A stretch of 56,555 bases of DNA from Catajapyx aquilonaris (Eukaryota). Of this stretch, positions 1 to 13,235 are shown one piece after another (the stretch's first letter is position 1; each line of letters opens with the position of its first letter). The position numbers and the translations under genes are program-made. A model generated the notes under the pieces. It had not been told where the DNA came from. It saw only the letters and a list, made by a program, of their open reading frames with translations, and made no database searches. The stretch covers positions 1 to 56,555 of the forward strand of contig JYFJ02002465.1 of assembly GCA_000934665.2 (NCBI GenBank). The letters are read 5' to 3'.

Positions 1-79
1 AACTAATGTGAATATTAATATAAGTAATAGGAGTAATAGTAACTAATAATTGATAACTAATAATGTAAATACTAAAAGG

Positions 80-372
80 GTAGTTAATACACAATAACTA
101 ATGAGTGAGTTAAATGCACAATAACTAATAAATGAGTTAAATGCACAATAACTAATAAATGAGTTAACTACACAACGAATAAATGAGTTAAATGCACAAT
201 AACTAATAAATGAGTTAAATGCACAATAACTAATAAATGAGTTAAATGCACAATAACTAATAAATGAGTTAAATGCACAATAACTAATAAATGAGTTAAA
301 TTCACAATAACTAATAAATGAGTTAAATGCACAATACCTAATAAATGAGTTAAATGCACAATAATAACGAAT
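80..372. repeat. 27-bp AT-rich minisatellite (unit ATGAGTTAAATGCACAATAACTAATAA), about 10 copies
   Basis: Unit is directly visible; gives the 9-aa periodicity (CAFNSFISY) in spurious ORF 43..441. Probably intronic in TAPT1. Confidence 0.95.
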
Positions 373-609
373 AAATAACAGTAATAATATAAATAACATA
401 ATAACTAATGAGTGGTAACTAATAATGTGGGTGCGGTGCACTTAATGAGGTATTGCACACTCGCCCTTTATTGTGTATGCAGTCACAGTCAGTACGTGCA
501 GTGAGAGTGGCTTGCAGTTGCGTTAATCGGGGCGTATTGTAATGTGGATGATTATAAGCTGCAATTTGTGTATTAGCATTGCAGTGACGTCTGCTTTGTG
601 TACTTGCAG

Positions 610-2704
610 GCCACGTGTCGCTATGGAAGTACCTGAAGGCGGAGGTGACTCGGGGCTACATCTTGGAGCAGGAGGAGGAGCGGTATTCGGCCAGGCGGGA
701 GAAGGTGTACACTTTCATGAAAATCCCTCGGGAGGTGGAGAAGTTCATGGCGTATGGATTCTTCCAGTGCGCCGATGCCTTCCTGTTTGTGTACACTTTT
801 CTCCCGCTTCGTTTCGCGCTTGCCATTTGGTCTTTGGTGACCCGGCCGCTGCGACGGTGCCTGGGTCACATGTCCAGGGAGGAAAGAGACTCCCCTCTGC
901 TGCAACCGGCGGAGAGATGTGACCTGCTGAAGGGCACTGTGCTGATAGGCTGCAGCATCCTGATCTCCTACGTGGATACCTCCATGATGTACCATCTGAT
1001 CAAGAGCCAGAGCGTCATCAAGCTGTACATATTCTTCAACATGCTGGAGGTCGGGGACAGGCTCTTCTCTTCCTTTGGACAGGACACCATCGATGCCTTG
1101 TTCTGGACCGCAGCAGAGCCAGCCGGGAGGGGACACCACCGGGGAGTGGGGCTTATTCCGCACTTACTCCTGGTGCTCGCATACACTTGTATCCTTTTCT
1201 TCGGAAAATCATGAGCGTGATTTAGCCTTGTAAAAAAACGTCAAGTTATTTTTATATGGGTAAAGGAGGAACTGTTTGTGTGGGAAATCAGTGGGGTGAG
1301 ATCGAGGTCTTAATTATTACAAATATTTACTCCCCATTTTTTCTTGAATATTGTACTGCACAGATTTTCATTGCCACGTGATGATTGTTTCGCTATTATT
1401 GACCTTGACGATTGTCAGTCCTCCACGCTCTCCTCGTGCTGTTTCAAGCAACGACTCTCAACGTGGCAATCAACTCCAACAACAAGGCTCTTCTGACCAT
1501 CATGATGTCCAATAATGTACGTACCTGCACAAAGAGTTAAAATGCATACAGTTGCTTCACCACTTGCACCGTATTTGATATACCTCATGAAAACAATGTG
1601 GTATAAATATTTAATGAACAATGTGGTCTGGATGGGCAATTTAATGCAATTCACATGTGTTTTATTACCAAGTTCATTCATATGGAAATGTGTCGGGTAT
1701 GAATGCATCTTCATGGAAACATTTTCTTTCTCATACAGTTTGTGGAGTTGAAAGGCAGCGTCTTCAAGAAATTTGACAAGAACAACCTCTTTCAACTGTC
1801 CTGCAGCGATGTCCGAGAAAGATTCCATCTCTTTGTCCTCTTGTTTGTCGTGGTGGTGCAAACCATGAAGGAATACGCATGGAAAGAAGGTAATCGCTGC
1901 TATGAACCGGAGTTGTTTAATTAACTTATGATGTATTGCAATGTTTTTCTAGAGCGTTTCTGGGTGTTGGCCCCCGACTGCGTGATGGTCTTGGTGGCGG
2001 AAATCCTCGTGGACTGGATCAAGCATGCTTTCATCACCCGCTTCAATGAGATCCCTTCTGAAGTGTATCGGAGCTACACGGTCAGCCTCGCTTACGACCT
2101 CGCGCAGACGAAACAACGACATGCTTTCTCGGACCACTCCGACCTTGTGGCTCGTAGGACCGGATTCGTGCCATTGCCCCTTGGAGTGGTGATGATGAGG
2201 GTGATGAGCCAGGCAGTTCACTTGCCCGACATGGCTTCCCTGCTGCTTTTTGTTCTCGCGTATCTCGGACTGACATCCTTCCGTCTGCTGAACAGCATCG
2301 TTACGTTAGGAAAAGCCTGCGACCTCATCACGGAGCACCAGAGCCAGCACCCGGTGTCAGAATCGGTGTCCAGTCCATCGAAGCAGCTACCTCCAAAATC
2401 AATCAGTCAGCCTGGAAGCAGAAGAGGCAGCCCACATCGACTTGTGACGGAAGTTGCCCCACCTCCACCGGAGACGTCAGCAGTCGACGAGAACCCTCCG
2501 TTATTCGCCAACAGTACTGTGAATATCCCATCGGCATGCCTGAATGAGCAGGTGTTGAGCGCCGAGGAGGAGCCATTGCCAGTGCTGCAGACTGAGACGG
2601 ACACTCCCACTGGGAGGAGTCGGAGGCAAAATTCTTGTGGGGGTCGAGTCGAGAGCTTCTCTGAAGACACGGTTGAGAAGGGATCTGAGCCCACGCCAAA
2701 GTGA
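610..2704 (+). CDS. TAPT1: Transmembrane anterior-posterior transformation protein 1 homologue (DUF747), 5' end outside the window
   Basis: Exons 610-1188, 1419-1516, 1739-1889, 1953-2704 join in frame. Family motifs: IKSQSVIKLYIFFNMLEVGDRLFSSFGQD, LHALLVLFQATTLNVAINSNNKALLTIMMSNN|FVELKGSVFKKF, VDWIKHAFITRFN. Confidence 0.95.
1189..1418 (+). other. U12-type (minor spliceosome) GT-AG intron in TAPT1
   Basis: 5' site GTATCCTTT at 1189-1197; branch CCTTGAC at 1403-1409, 9 nt before the end of the intron; no polypyrimidine tract; splicing restores AYTF-LHALL. Confidence 0.92.
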
Positions 2705-2996
2705 TGCTTTGTTTGTTGTGTTTTTTTGTTAATAATATTAAAGGAGCCGGTAAACCTGCTCTGATTCAACGACATATGCAACTGCGATTGCATAGAGGTA
2801 AATCCTCGTGCTGGTACTTAATAATGCAAGAACAGTGCACCGATTTCATACTTATCTGTGCTTACGCCTGTGCTTCAAGTTTTTTCTAAGCGCTAATTAC
2901 CAGAATGAGCTGGTAACAAATGCAGTAAATCAAAGTTTGCTCTTATTTTTGGACTACAAGGCCATACGATTTTTTAAAATACTTCAAGTGAATATA

Positions 2997-3273
2997 CAGG
3001 GTGTACCCATTGAAATGTCCGTAGTGCTGTCCAATTTTTTTGGCACTAAGCTGTATATTTTTAACCAATTTGTGGTTATCATAATTACGTGCCTGCAGGA
3101 CAATATAAACCATTTATTGAAAGTGTATTTTCAATTGGGAATAACTCAGAACAATTTGGTTCAAATGTTGACAGCAGAACTAATTTTTGCAGGCTTAACG
3201 GATGGCCAATGTTGCTAGAAGTAGCTTCTAAGCATCAATTAAACATTACGGACATTTCAATTGGAACGTCCAG
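2997..3273. mobile_element. Degenerate Tc1/mariner-type MITE
   Basis: TA|CAGGGTGTACCCATTGAAATGTCCGTA at the left end and imperfect inverted copy TACGGACATTTCAATTGGAACGTCCAG at the right end. Confidence 0.55.
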
Positions 3274-5111
3274 TCACTTTCGCCATATACGAATTGATCT
3301 TACAAGGATGACAATTTATGCGGATTAAAAATTATTTAATGAAGCTGGTCCTCTGCTTGCTTATGCCAGCGGAAGGTGGCCTTTTGCTAAATATTTTCCT
3401 ACATTTCCGAGTTGAGGGCAATAGCACACACATATCAGACAATAACTTCTGAGGCAAAAGCTTATTCAGGCATAAGGCACTCAAGTCCTACCAAAAAAAT
3501 AAATGAGTAAAACACCAAACTCTTTCCCATCACGAATAATCATAATTTTAAAAACGCTGAAACTCCCCAACATGCGAAAGAAATTGAATGCGTGAAACTT
3601 TGCCCAAATTTTTTTCCGAACTTAAATTGCCCACAAATGACAGCATTTTTTAACGGGCCTCAAACGATTTCACGTGAAAACAATTTAAACGCGTGAAACT
3701 GGCAGCGGGTTTTACAGAAGTGACCTTTTTCATTACCTCATTTATGAATTACAATGGAAGGGGCAAAAAAAATGTACGCTGCAACCAGCTGTAAATGGAT
3801 AAGTGAAATTTCCTACATAATTTTGGTAGCAATCAACGACATGTAATCAGAGCAGGTTTGATCTCAATCTGTAAATGATGTACAGGGAAAGAAAAATGCC
3901 CCCAGCGCATTAAAAAATGGTAATAATAATAAATAACGTCCATATTTGAACCGTGTCCTTGTGATTTATTCAGCGGTCTCCAAATGACTCTTTGGGGTTT
4001 ATGTAGGGTAACAATACAGTGACATCTGCTTTCCCCCTATTTTTCTTTTTAAAAGGCTTTCTTTGCACTGTCACCATCATTTTCCCAAAAAAACTTTGAC
4101 TAGCTCCTCTTTTTTTTCGCCAAAAAAGAACAAGGGGAAAGAATATTAGTGGACACAAAAAAAAAAAATTGTTCAGGTCCCTACCTATCCCTGACCCTTA
4201 TTTTTTATATACCTTTTTTTTTTTTCAAAATCCCCTCCCACAAAGTTGGCCTTTTGGACCGACTGAACTCTATGGCAGGAAAAGGACTCAAATTTCCTTT
4301 TTTAATTTTTTTCCACGAGTCAACTTATTCACTGCCTCACGCAGGACTAAATAACGGCTCTAAAGGTAGGGAAAGTGGGAGGGAAAAAGGGGAAGGAGTT
4401 ATGGGAAAGGGTGAGGTCAAGAAAAAAAAAAGTGGGTTCAGGACTTTTCGGATGAAAGGCGATGGGGGTCAGAGAAAAAAAATATATTATATACGCACTG
4501 GCCAATTTTGAGTCTCTTTCCATTACTCTGTGTCCTGTCGGGTATAACATTATTTTTTTTATCATTATATATATTTTTTTGTTGGGGCTTCTTTATACTT
4601 TTTTTTCTCCATTAGGGACAAAGCCAAGATGAGAGATACTCTAAGTGTCTTCTTTGGGATCTATGAAATTGTCCTTTTGCGTGTGCGCAACACACACACG
4701 CAAAGATCAGTATTTTTTTTTTGTCCGTTCAAACGTGGCGACTGGCTGCAGGAAAGTGAGAGAATATTAATACCAGTGACACCTCGCAATTCCTTCAGCA
4801 AATCACCTTCCTAAAAAAAAATAGTTGTGGGGGGAAAAAAAACGAACTTTAAAGCCCTTAAATGATCCGTAACGCTACAATTACTTCAACTCTTCTGCTC
4901 ACAACAGAAAAAAAAAAAAAANNNNNNNACTTGAAAAAAAAAAAAAAAAAGGGTAAACGCCTATCCTTGCTCTTAGCCATCACAGCCTTCGTGGGCGAAA
5001 CCATCCATTAACGTTTAATCGCAGAATAATAATAATATTAATCATAATATGCGATAATAGTCGTAGTCATAGTACATAACAAAAAAAAAAAACAATGTGG
5101 TACTTGTTTCT

Positions 5112-8100
5112 TCACGGGTTGACTCTAAATTCGGTGATTCCGGTTCGTCTGTCGCCCTTGGCTGGGGCGGAACAGGCCCCGTCTCCTCTAGATGGCTGGT
5201 AGTATGCCCCAAAGGACAAGATAGAAGCAGAGGAGGCTGATTTTGAAGACCGGAATCGCTTCCTGCGTGGTGGCATGCAGGTTGGTGCCCCTTGGTTGGG
5301 ACCCGAAGCAACGTCTGACTGCGAGGAAGGCGGCATCCCATGTGGTGGTGGGGCAGCAGACAAAATGGGGAAACTCAAGGGAGAGCTGGGGGCCGGCGCC
5401 AGCGATGGGAAGTCGCTCTCGGATTGGAGCTCAAACTGGCGTGACTCTGACGAATCGCCAACGTCCCTGTCACTGCAACGAAAGAATTTCCTAGTTACAA
5501 GAGAACTTATAATATTTGGACCAGAATGGCACACACTTATAATTGCAATAAAGGCATCGAATGATATTGCAATTATCGGTTCGGTCCGAAAATGTCCCTC
5601 TCATCATACTTGGTTGGACGCACTTCCACAGATGCTTGCAAAACGGTGACATAACTTCAAACGCAACCGATTAAGAAATCTGTTGTTCACGTGCTTTTCC
5701 TGGATACAGAGCGTTCAAGGCTGTATGCACATCAGTTAAAAATCTATCATCTGCTTTCAAGGTTAAATAAGTGCTACCGACAGCTGTGGAAAACAATCAT
5801 GAAATCCATGCCACAGTTGCACGTTTTACATGGATCTTGAAGGATTGGACGTAACATCTTGAGAACTGGATACCGCTTTCGATCTATTAGTGTGTGCATT
5901 AAAATTTATTCATTACGTAAATCACTTCTGTGCATCCGCAACACACTTTTATCGATGGTCACATCGGCATGATAATTAGTAAAATTCAATTATTATTTGC
6001 AAACCTTCATTTTTGGGGCAACCTTACTTTCACTTGTACATGTTTTGATTCCCTGCCTGCTGGGATATCGATAAGTTTGTATCAGAATTTTCAATAGTAT
6101 TCTATACGGAACACTTACTCAGGATAGCCGTGCATGAAAGGACAAGCAGCACCCTTGAGACACGCAGCAGCCTCCCAGAACCTGCATGTGATGGATCCGA
6201 GATCGTGAGAGAACTTGCAGTCGGATCGCCGGCAGTTGCCCTCCAAGAAGAAGCTGCAGGGTCTCTTCTTTCCTCCAGCTGCTGCGGCCGCCACGTCTGC
6301 AGCTTGTTTACCAGATCTCCTCCTGGACCTGTGACGGCCAGCTGGAGCCTGAATTGCCATCCAGGAGCGGGCCGCCAGCACTTTCCTGACCCACTCCTCC
6401 TCCCCTTCCTCACCGCCAAACTGCATGTCACCGTCCGCCCCTTCTCCACTTTGAATGCGCTGTACCGCTCCGAACATCTCTTCCAGCAGATGCTGATCTA
6501 CCAGGTCCATCGGGAGAAGAATCTCTGGGGGCGGGCATAACTGCGTGTCGTCTTCCTCCTCCTCCTCTTCCCCATCAACACTGCCCCAACCCCCAAGGGC
6601 ACCCAAGCGCTGCCACTGGTCGATGTCGGCCAGCAGCTGCTCACTCTCAGCCGATATTTCCTCCCGAAGTTGGCGACGGCAGTCTGTTGTAGCTGAAGAG
6701 GAGGGCAGGGGCATGGGCGGTGTTGCATCCTCCTCTAGCTTATGGACACCCCACCATCCTTGCCTGTAATGGAAAAACAGAAAGTCCTAATCACCTGCAA
6801 CTGGCACTAGGGCGTTACTCCGCATCGAGCAGCGTGCCAGTAAAAATGTACCATATTTTAGAAAATGCAGTTCCGCTGGCCACACCGGCATCGCACTCTA
6901 CACCGGATAGTTCAGTATGAATAATGATTTTAAAAAGATGCTTCCAAACTCACCAAGGGACATTTGGAGAGTCGTTGCTGCACGAAAATCTCTGCCCCCA
7001 GGCCTGGCTGGTTCCGACTGGGGGTGTCTCCATTTCAGACACCTGCCGTACCTGTGCCAGCAGCTGACGGAGGGTCTGGCCGCACTGGTCGTTGGTGCTG
7101 TCGCTGTCTGGCCATACCCCCATTACTGGCTGAACTTTCTCTTCCACTACTGCCGGAATACCAGACTCCTCAGTCTGGCAGCCCTTCTCGTTCTGTCTCC
7201 TCAGCTTGAACTTTGGCTGCAGGGCCGCAGCTGCACCTGGCAGGTCGCATTTGTAAACCAGGTAGCGGGGCCGAGGTGAAGCAACTCCAGTCTGGCAGAG
7301 GCAGCCGGAGGGACTGCGGACAAACTGCACTGATGAGTGCCGCGGCGGTGCAAGATGGAATGTGGACCCATCTTCATAGTAGTTCCCTCCCCCGAAGTCG
7401 TCCCCGTCGACGTCTCCTCCATCCTCGCGGCGCCCTGGCTTCCTCCCAACTCCAATAGGCTTAAAGTGCGTTCGGGGCGAAGTCAGCAAGTTCTCATCCT
7501 CTGGGTTGGGGTTGGGAGCCTTGCCACCTCCTTTCCCACCCTTCCTCTTCTGTTGGCCCCGACGATGCTGGTACTGGTAATGGTGGTACTGGTAGTTAAC
7601 GCCTACATTCCGTTGACCAGGCACCACCATCACGAAGCTACTGGTCTCCCTGCGGAAGTTCAGAGGCGCATATGCACCGCTCTGCAGCGCCACCTCTTCT
7701 ATTACAGCTGCTGTCTTTCCCGCTGTGCCAAACGACTCCAGTAGCCCCTCAAGCTCCAGCTCTTCCTCTTCCGACCTGTCCTGCTCCATCTGTTCCCCGT
7801 ATGGTGCCCAGTTGTTGTTGTCCAGCTGGCTCCAGATGGCCTTCAGATGCTCCACCTGCTTTGCCTCTAGGTTTCCATTGACCACGTGGCTTCCAGACGA
7901 CTCACCTACAAGACCATCAGGACTTCCAACACTGTTGCCTTCGTCAACTTGGATTTCTATGTGGCCGCCGTTGTGGGCCCAAAGGTGGCCGCCAGGAATA
8001 GCTCCAATATGGCCTGCTGTGAACGATCCAACTTGGCTCGCAACTTGACCACCGCCAAGGGCTCCAACGCGCCCATTCACAAGGTGTCCGCCTGGACCAG

Positions 8101-9848
8101 GCAGAAACGCAGACCATATCGAGGCGGTGAGGTTTGTACCGGCAGATATGAACACTGTAGTCGGTGTGGAGCTGAACTGAGTGTGACTTTGTGGCAACGC
8201 TGGATCTAGTGCCACGTGCAGCGGCGGTGTTGGTGTGCCGCCCATCCCAGCCACCATCGCTGGGGCTGGCGAGGGAGGCCACAGCGCCGCCACCTCCTCG
8301 TTAAACTTGGCTATGAGCTGTGCCAGGGTCGGGTCATCCTCCACCCCACCCCCCTCATCCCCCTCCCCCTCCTCTTCCTCCTCCTCCTCTTCCTCTTCAA
8401 CATCCTCCTCCTCCTCCCCATGCTGCAGGCGTGACGGCGGAGAGTATGTCGAGGAAGCCCAAGACCCCTTCCGCTCGTACAGGCGCAGGCGAGGCACCAA
8501 ACCCCCATCACCCCCACCTCCCTCATCCTCAGACGAATCCCGGGAGCTCAGGTCCCCGTGGTATCCTTCAGACTCGTCCGAGGCCATCCTCTGCTGGGAG
8601 GATCCCCCATCGTCGTCTTCCTCATCCTCGCTGCTCTCCCCTCCCACAACCCGATAAAATGGCACCCTTCCGTCCTCAGACTCTTCCTGATTATCCTCCG
8701 CTCCATCCCCATCCTTTCTCTCCCTTTCTGGAGCTTCCACAGTGCCACCAACTTCATTGACAGCGTCACTCGAGGAAGAGACTGACGAGGAGGTGGAAAC
8801 GTAGCAGAGGCATTCCATGTTGGCTGCCTTCTCCGCTGGGTTGGCCAATGGAGGAGCCGGTGGAGGCTCCTGGGGCATCTCTCCTCCTCCTCCTCCCATT
8901 CCCACTCCACCCATCACCACACCTCCACCCTCAGTTTGGATTGCCTTAAGCTTGGCACACAGCTCGTCTACCAGTCGCTCTATACCGCCCTTCTGAAACA
9001 GAAAACCAAATTAAACGAAACGTCCGGATCATACAACTCCCAAAGCGCACCTGCATATGGCTGCGTTTACATGCGAGAAATTCGCTGAGCAATTCACATC
9101 GCTGGGCAATGGTGAAAGTAACAATCGATTTCCGCCCCAAACCAATTGCAGAGCAAATCACTGACATGTAAATGCGGCCTAAACTTTCAAGTAGTTGCAC
9201 CTACAAATACCTAAATAGAGCCTTTGGATGTTTTTCCATTCACAATGCAAGGTCAAAACTGTTGTGCATCTGTTACATCACATTGCAATTAACCCAGGTG
9301 GCTACACTCAACTATGACTCTTCCTCATCAGAAGGCTCGGCAAATTCAGGTGGAATTATCAAGCAACATCACGAAATTTTCGTCCTGCCAGCAGCCTCCT
9401 TCGGCCAATGATCTATTACAGCATTTTAGACTTTTTCGTACAATCTCTGTGCATTCCGTAGATTTACTTGAAAAGCATGTGATGTGTTCACCTCGTCAGA
9501 AGCGGACATGAAGTCCTGCAGAGTGGCGGTGGCTGCTATGGCCGAGTGGTCGCTGGTGACGTGGTCCAATTGTGGAATCTGCTGTTGCTGCTGACAATTG
9601 GGTGGCTGCAGGGGCTGAAGCTGAGAGGCAGCAGACAGCAAGGTCCGCAGCTGCTGCAGCAATAAGGAGGCGGCAGCCGCAGCAGCCGTATCCTCCACGA
9701 TGCTGTGGCGGTGACTGCCGCTATGGTGGATGTGGGTACTGCTAGGCTCCTCTTCCTCCTGGGAATTGCTGCCGCTGCCTGGTGGCGACTGCGGGGAGAT
9801 TGGGGGGCCCGATGGGGGCACCACGCGGGCAGGCGGAGGCTGCTTCAT
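5112..9848 (-). CDS. KIAA0232: KIAA0232-like (DUF4603) protein with C-terminal tandem CCCH zinc fingers
   Basis: Exons 9848-9492, 8992-6954, 6763-6119, 5472-5112 are phase-consistent (start codon uncertain). SASDE|KGGIERLVDELCAKLK, SPRTHFKPI and PKFKLRRQNEKGCQT match blocks I recall from human KIAA0232 (SASDESSGIETLVEELCSRLK, SPRTHFRPI, EKSAQT). CSFFLEGNCRRSDCKFSH and CRFWEAAACLKGAACPFMH are C-x7-C-x4/5-C-x3-H fingers. Confidence 0.82.
9059..9179. mobile_element. MITE family A copy (PIF/Harbinger-like TIR GGC(C/T)GCGTTTACATG)
   Basis: GGCTGCGTTTACATG...CATGTAAATGCGGCC followed by TAA; related copies at 13949, 20037 and 23369. Confidence 0.65.
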
Positions 9849-10888
9849 GACCCGTTGGGACTTGCCCGTCCCCCCTCCGCCTTCTACAATTGACAGAAAA
9901 CTGCTATTAGCACACCGCTTGCTTACAACGCAATCGAACACATACCTGGCGTCGAGAGCGGGCTGTCTCTCTAGATTCGCATGTCCTCGTATTTCTCGAC
10001 AAGCGCCATTTGGTGCAGTTCGTAGAGATTTACAAGTTGCTTCTCCTTGTGGGTTATTTTGCAGAGGGAGAAAAAGGAATATGGAGGACTTTAATGGCGT
10101 CAAAATAAAGGTGAAGAGGTAAGAGATGAAGAGGAAGGGAGGAGGGGGTGAGGAGGTGGGGCAGGGGGTTGGGGGAGGGTCGGGTGAAGGTGGAGGGAGG
10201 AGGAGGAGGAGGAGGGAGGGGACTCCTACTGAGAGGAGTGATGGGTGAAGTAGCCCGAGGAGACCTAAGCAGTCATGGTGCTGCAGGTAGGCTCCTCTGG
10301 GCAGTCACAACAAGGAGGCAGGGCGGGAAAGGTAGCTCCAACGCACTCCTTCGATCGCAGCTTCTTCCCGGACCTCTTCATGCTTCCCCCACCTGCGGAA
10401 GATGTAAAAACAGAGAAAATTAGGAAGGTCGCTAAAGGTTGCTGGCTTGATAAGTCCACTAAAAATATGTAGGTTATGTTACCATTGACAAATCAAGCAC
10501 TGGGTGACACATCAGGACTACAGTCATGCTATGCACACAATGCAATCCCTCTCCTCAATTTTCCTCTCTCTCTCTCTCTCTAATACACTAATGTTGTTGA
10601 GTAACCTCCCTTATCTCAACTGATGATCTGAGTTCAATTACTCACAAAGAGGATCTATTCTGATAACTCAGAAATGTACGGAATGGTGGCATCCTGGGAA
10701 GGTCAAAAAAACGAACTTCAAGAAATAACGCTCTTCGTGAGTCGTCACATCAACGATTACACTGCTTAGGACCAGTTTCAACGAGCTCAGCATAACTTAG
10801 AACCTCGGTTATTTAACCAGAATTGCCATAAAGCGACCATTGTTGTCCACAATGAATACTGAGCATCTTTCTATACGAAACAAGGATT

Positions 10889-11088
10889 AGGCCCGATTTC
10901 TCGAACAGTTGTTCAAATGTAAACTCGGTTCAATCCCAGTTCAGGTGGTTTAATCCTAGTTCAGAAACTCTGAACTGGGATTAAACCGGACTTGAACCGG
11001 GTTTACATTTATCGCTTTTATCACTTTTGATTGTTGTCAACAATGGTTGCTACGGCTAAATTTTAACCAGGTTGGTGAAACCCGACCT
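10889..11088. mobile_element. MITE family B fragment(s) (GGGCCCGATTTCTCGAACAG... / ...GGTTGGTGAAACCCGACC)
   Basis: Shares both end sequences with the elements at 52466-52728; TTA flanks. Confidence 0.6.
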
Positions 11089-11917
11089 TACTCGACTAAT
11101 CGCACGCAATACGACGTTCCGCAAAATACAACCTTACCCAGCTTATGTTGGTTCACACCAGCCCAAAGTTTGCTCAAAACTTAACAATAATTCGGCATTG
11201 TTAGTAGTGCTGTTGACCCGTTAGGCCTAGATCCTACCCCCAAAAAATAATGGGGAAAAAACAAAAGTGTGTGCAGGATCTGCAATTGCAATAAAAAAAT
11301 CGATTCAAGGTCAAGCAGCTACAGTTACAGGCCCTGGTACTGCATAAAATTTTTCGTTTCAGCGCACAACATTCCAACACCACATTAATAACGACGTAAC
11401 ACTTGGCAGTAGAGCGTACAACGTACTTGTAAAAAGCCGGACTTGGCTCCTTATACCGTACAACGGACTTGACGTTTGCACTGTAAGCATGGCCACGGTC
11501 AGATGTAATTCATTGTGCTGCAAATTTATGCTTAACAGTCCACTTGTCTAGCTTTCACACAAGCCGGCAGCACGAACCGGTGTGTGTCACCAGTACTAAA
11601 TGACATGCTATGACAATGACAGCAGCTCCCACGCGATTGGCGCACTTGGCGTATTGCTCTCTTGCGGATAGGGCTGGGGGCAACGGTGTGGGCAGCGATA
11701 ATTATTTAAGCGTTACAACAGGTTGCCCTTCACTACAAACCGGCCAACAAAAGATCAAGTGAACATCCTGCAATCAATGCCTTGTGACTAGTGACAACCC
11801 AGGATGTCATTGCCTCTTGGTCAAGGTGAATGAAACCCTAGCAAATCATAACTGGTATAAAAAGGGGAGAGGGGAATACCCCCTCCCCCCCAATGTCACC
11901 AGTTGTCACCTTTTTTT

Positions 11918-11949
<32 letters not shown>

Positions 11950-12464
11950 AAAGCTTCACAGGTCCTGACCTCCTCTCATGCCCTCCTCTCCTTGTGGTTA
12001 GTTTCCCGGGGAGGGCCAAACACTACCCATGCTCCAGCCAGCCCCCAAAAGGAGCCTCTTGGGACCTTCCCCACCCCTGCGAAAAAACCACCCCCCTTCC
12101 CCCCTCTACTAAACACAGGGTTGGAAATAAAGCCACTACAAACTCATCGATCCCCTAGCGGATTTTTTTGCACTTTTTTTTGCGGATGGAGGGGGAGTTG
12201 CAAAAAAAAAAACTACTGGGAGGGGGGGAAGGCCTTGACGCCATGAATAGCTCTCGTGGAAGGACCTTGAGAGAGGANTCTACCCCCCCCCCCCAACCAA
12301 ACCAAAGCCAAGGCCACACAATGCAAATTGTCACATCCATCAGGGACATGGCCAATGCAACACAACAATACCATGGGGCAATTTAGTTGTAACACTACAC
12401 ACATGGGAGGCAAAATATTGCACTCAAGTAAATACCAACAACTTGCTACATATGGGTACGCACT

Positions 12465-13235
12465 CATTTAAAGCGTACCCAGCGTGTACTTGATTGCTTA
12501 AAAAAAATTTTACACACTAAAGGCCATTTCACAAAAAAGATTTTGCGGCAGCGGCAAGCGGCAAACGCGTGCCCCGCCAATTGTTATTAATTATTGGCAA
12601 TAATAAATATTAATAAGAAATATGCCGCAACCCGCGCCGTTTGCCGCGCTACATTTTTTTGTGAAATGGCCTTAAAAGCATACCTGGATTGCTTTAAAAA
12701 AATGTATGCACTAAAAGCATACTAGATCGCTTTTAAAAGTGTACAGTACGCACTGAAAGCATACACAGTGCATAACTTTACACCCCTTTTAAAGTACATA
12801 ACTAGATTGCTCAAGATGTATGCACTGAAAGCATACCCAGTCTGTACGCTCAAAAAAAAAAATTATGCAATCATTCAAAGCATATCCAATATGTAGAAGA
12901 TTGCTCAAAAAAATGTACGATCAAAGCGTACCTAGTATGTAGGCCTACTAGATTGCTCAAATTTTTTTACACGCAATGAATACACAGTACATACCATATT
13001 GATTTTAAAAATGGACACGCAATGCCAATACCATGCTCAAAGCATACCCAGTACGTACTCGATTGCTCGAAAAAATTAACACGCTAATTTAGAGCATACC
13101 CAGTGCACACTAGATTGTTCAAAAAATGTACGTACACTGAAAGCATACCCAGTACTACAAAAGATGTACGTACACTGAAAGCATATCCGGTACTACAAAA
13201 GATGTCAGTACACTGAAAGCGTTCTCAGTACAGTA
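12465..13235. repeat. Degenerate ~40-55 bp tandem array (AAAGCATACCCAGTA..CTAGATTGCTCAAAAAATGTA..CACTG)
   Basis: AAAGCATAC and GATTGCT cores recur more than ten times; interrupted by a MITE at 12521-12672. Confidence 0.8.
12521..12672. mobile_element. 152-bp PIF/Harbinger-like MITE
   Basis: Perfect TIR AGGCCATTTCACAAAAAA / TTTTTTGTGAAATGGCCT, flanked by TAA on both sides. Confidence 0.8.

Noticed and set aside
43..441. Repetitive ORFs (CAFNSFISY)n and (VIVHLTHLL)n; also considered as a CRISPR-like array
   Set aside because: Head-to-tail 27-bp minisatellite with no unique spacers, in a eukaryotic intron.
4908..4950. Poly-A runs suggesting a retrocopy tail
   Set aside because: They flank an N gap (4922-4928) within the T-rich 3' UTR region of the minus-strand gene; likely an assembly artefact at a homopolymer.
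7200..8910. Many long overlapping and antisense ORFs
   Set aside because: Shadow frames of a GC-rich, low-complexity coding exon; the same applies to antisense ORFs over TAPT1, CREBRF, the kinesin and MAEA.
10620..10665. TGATGA...CTGA resembling a C/D-box snoRNA
   Set aside because: Too short, no terminal stem, and antisense to the host gene.
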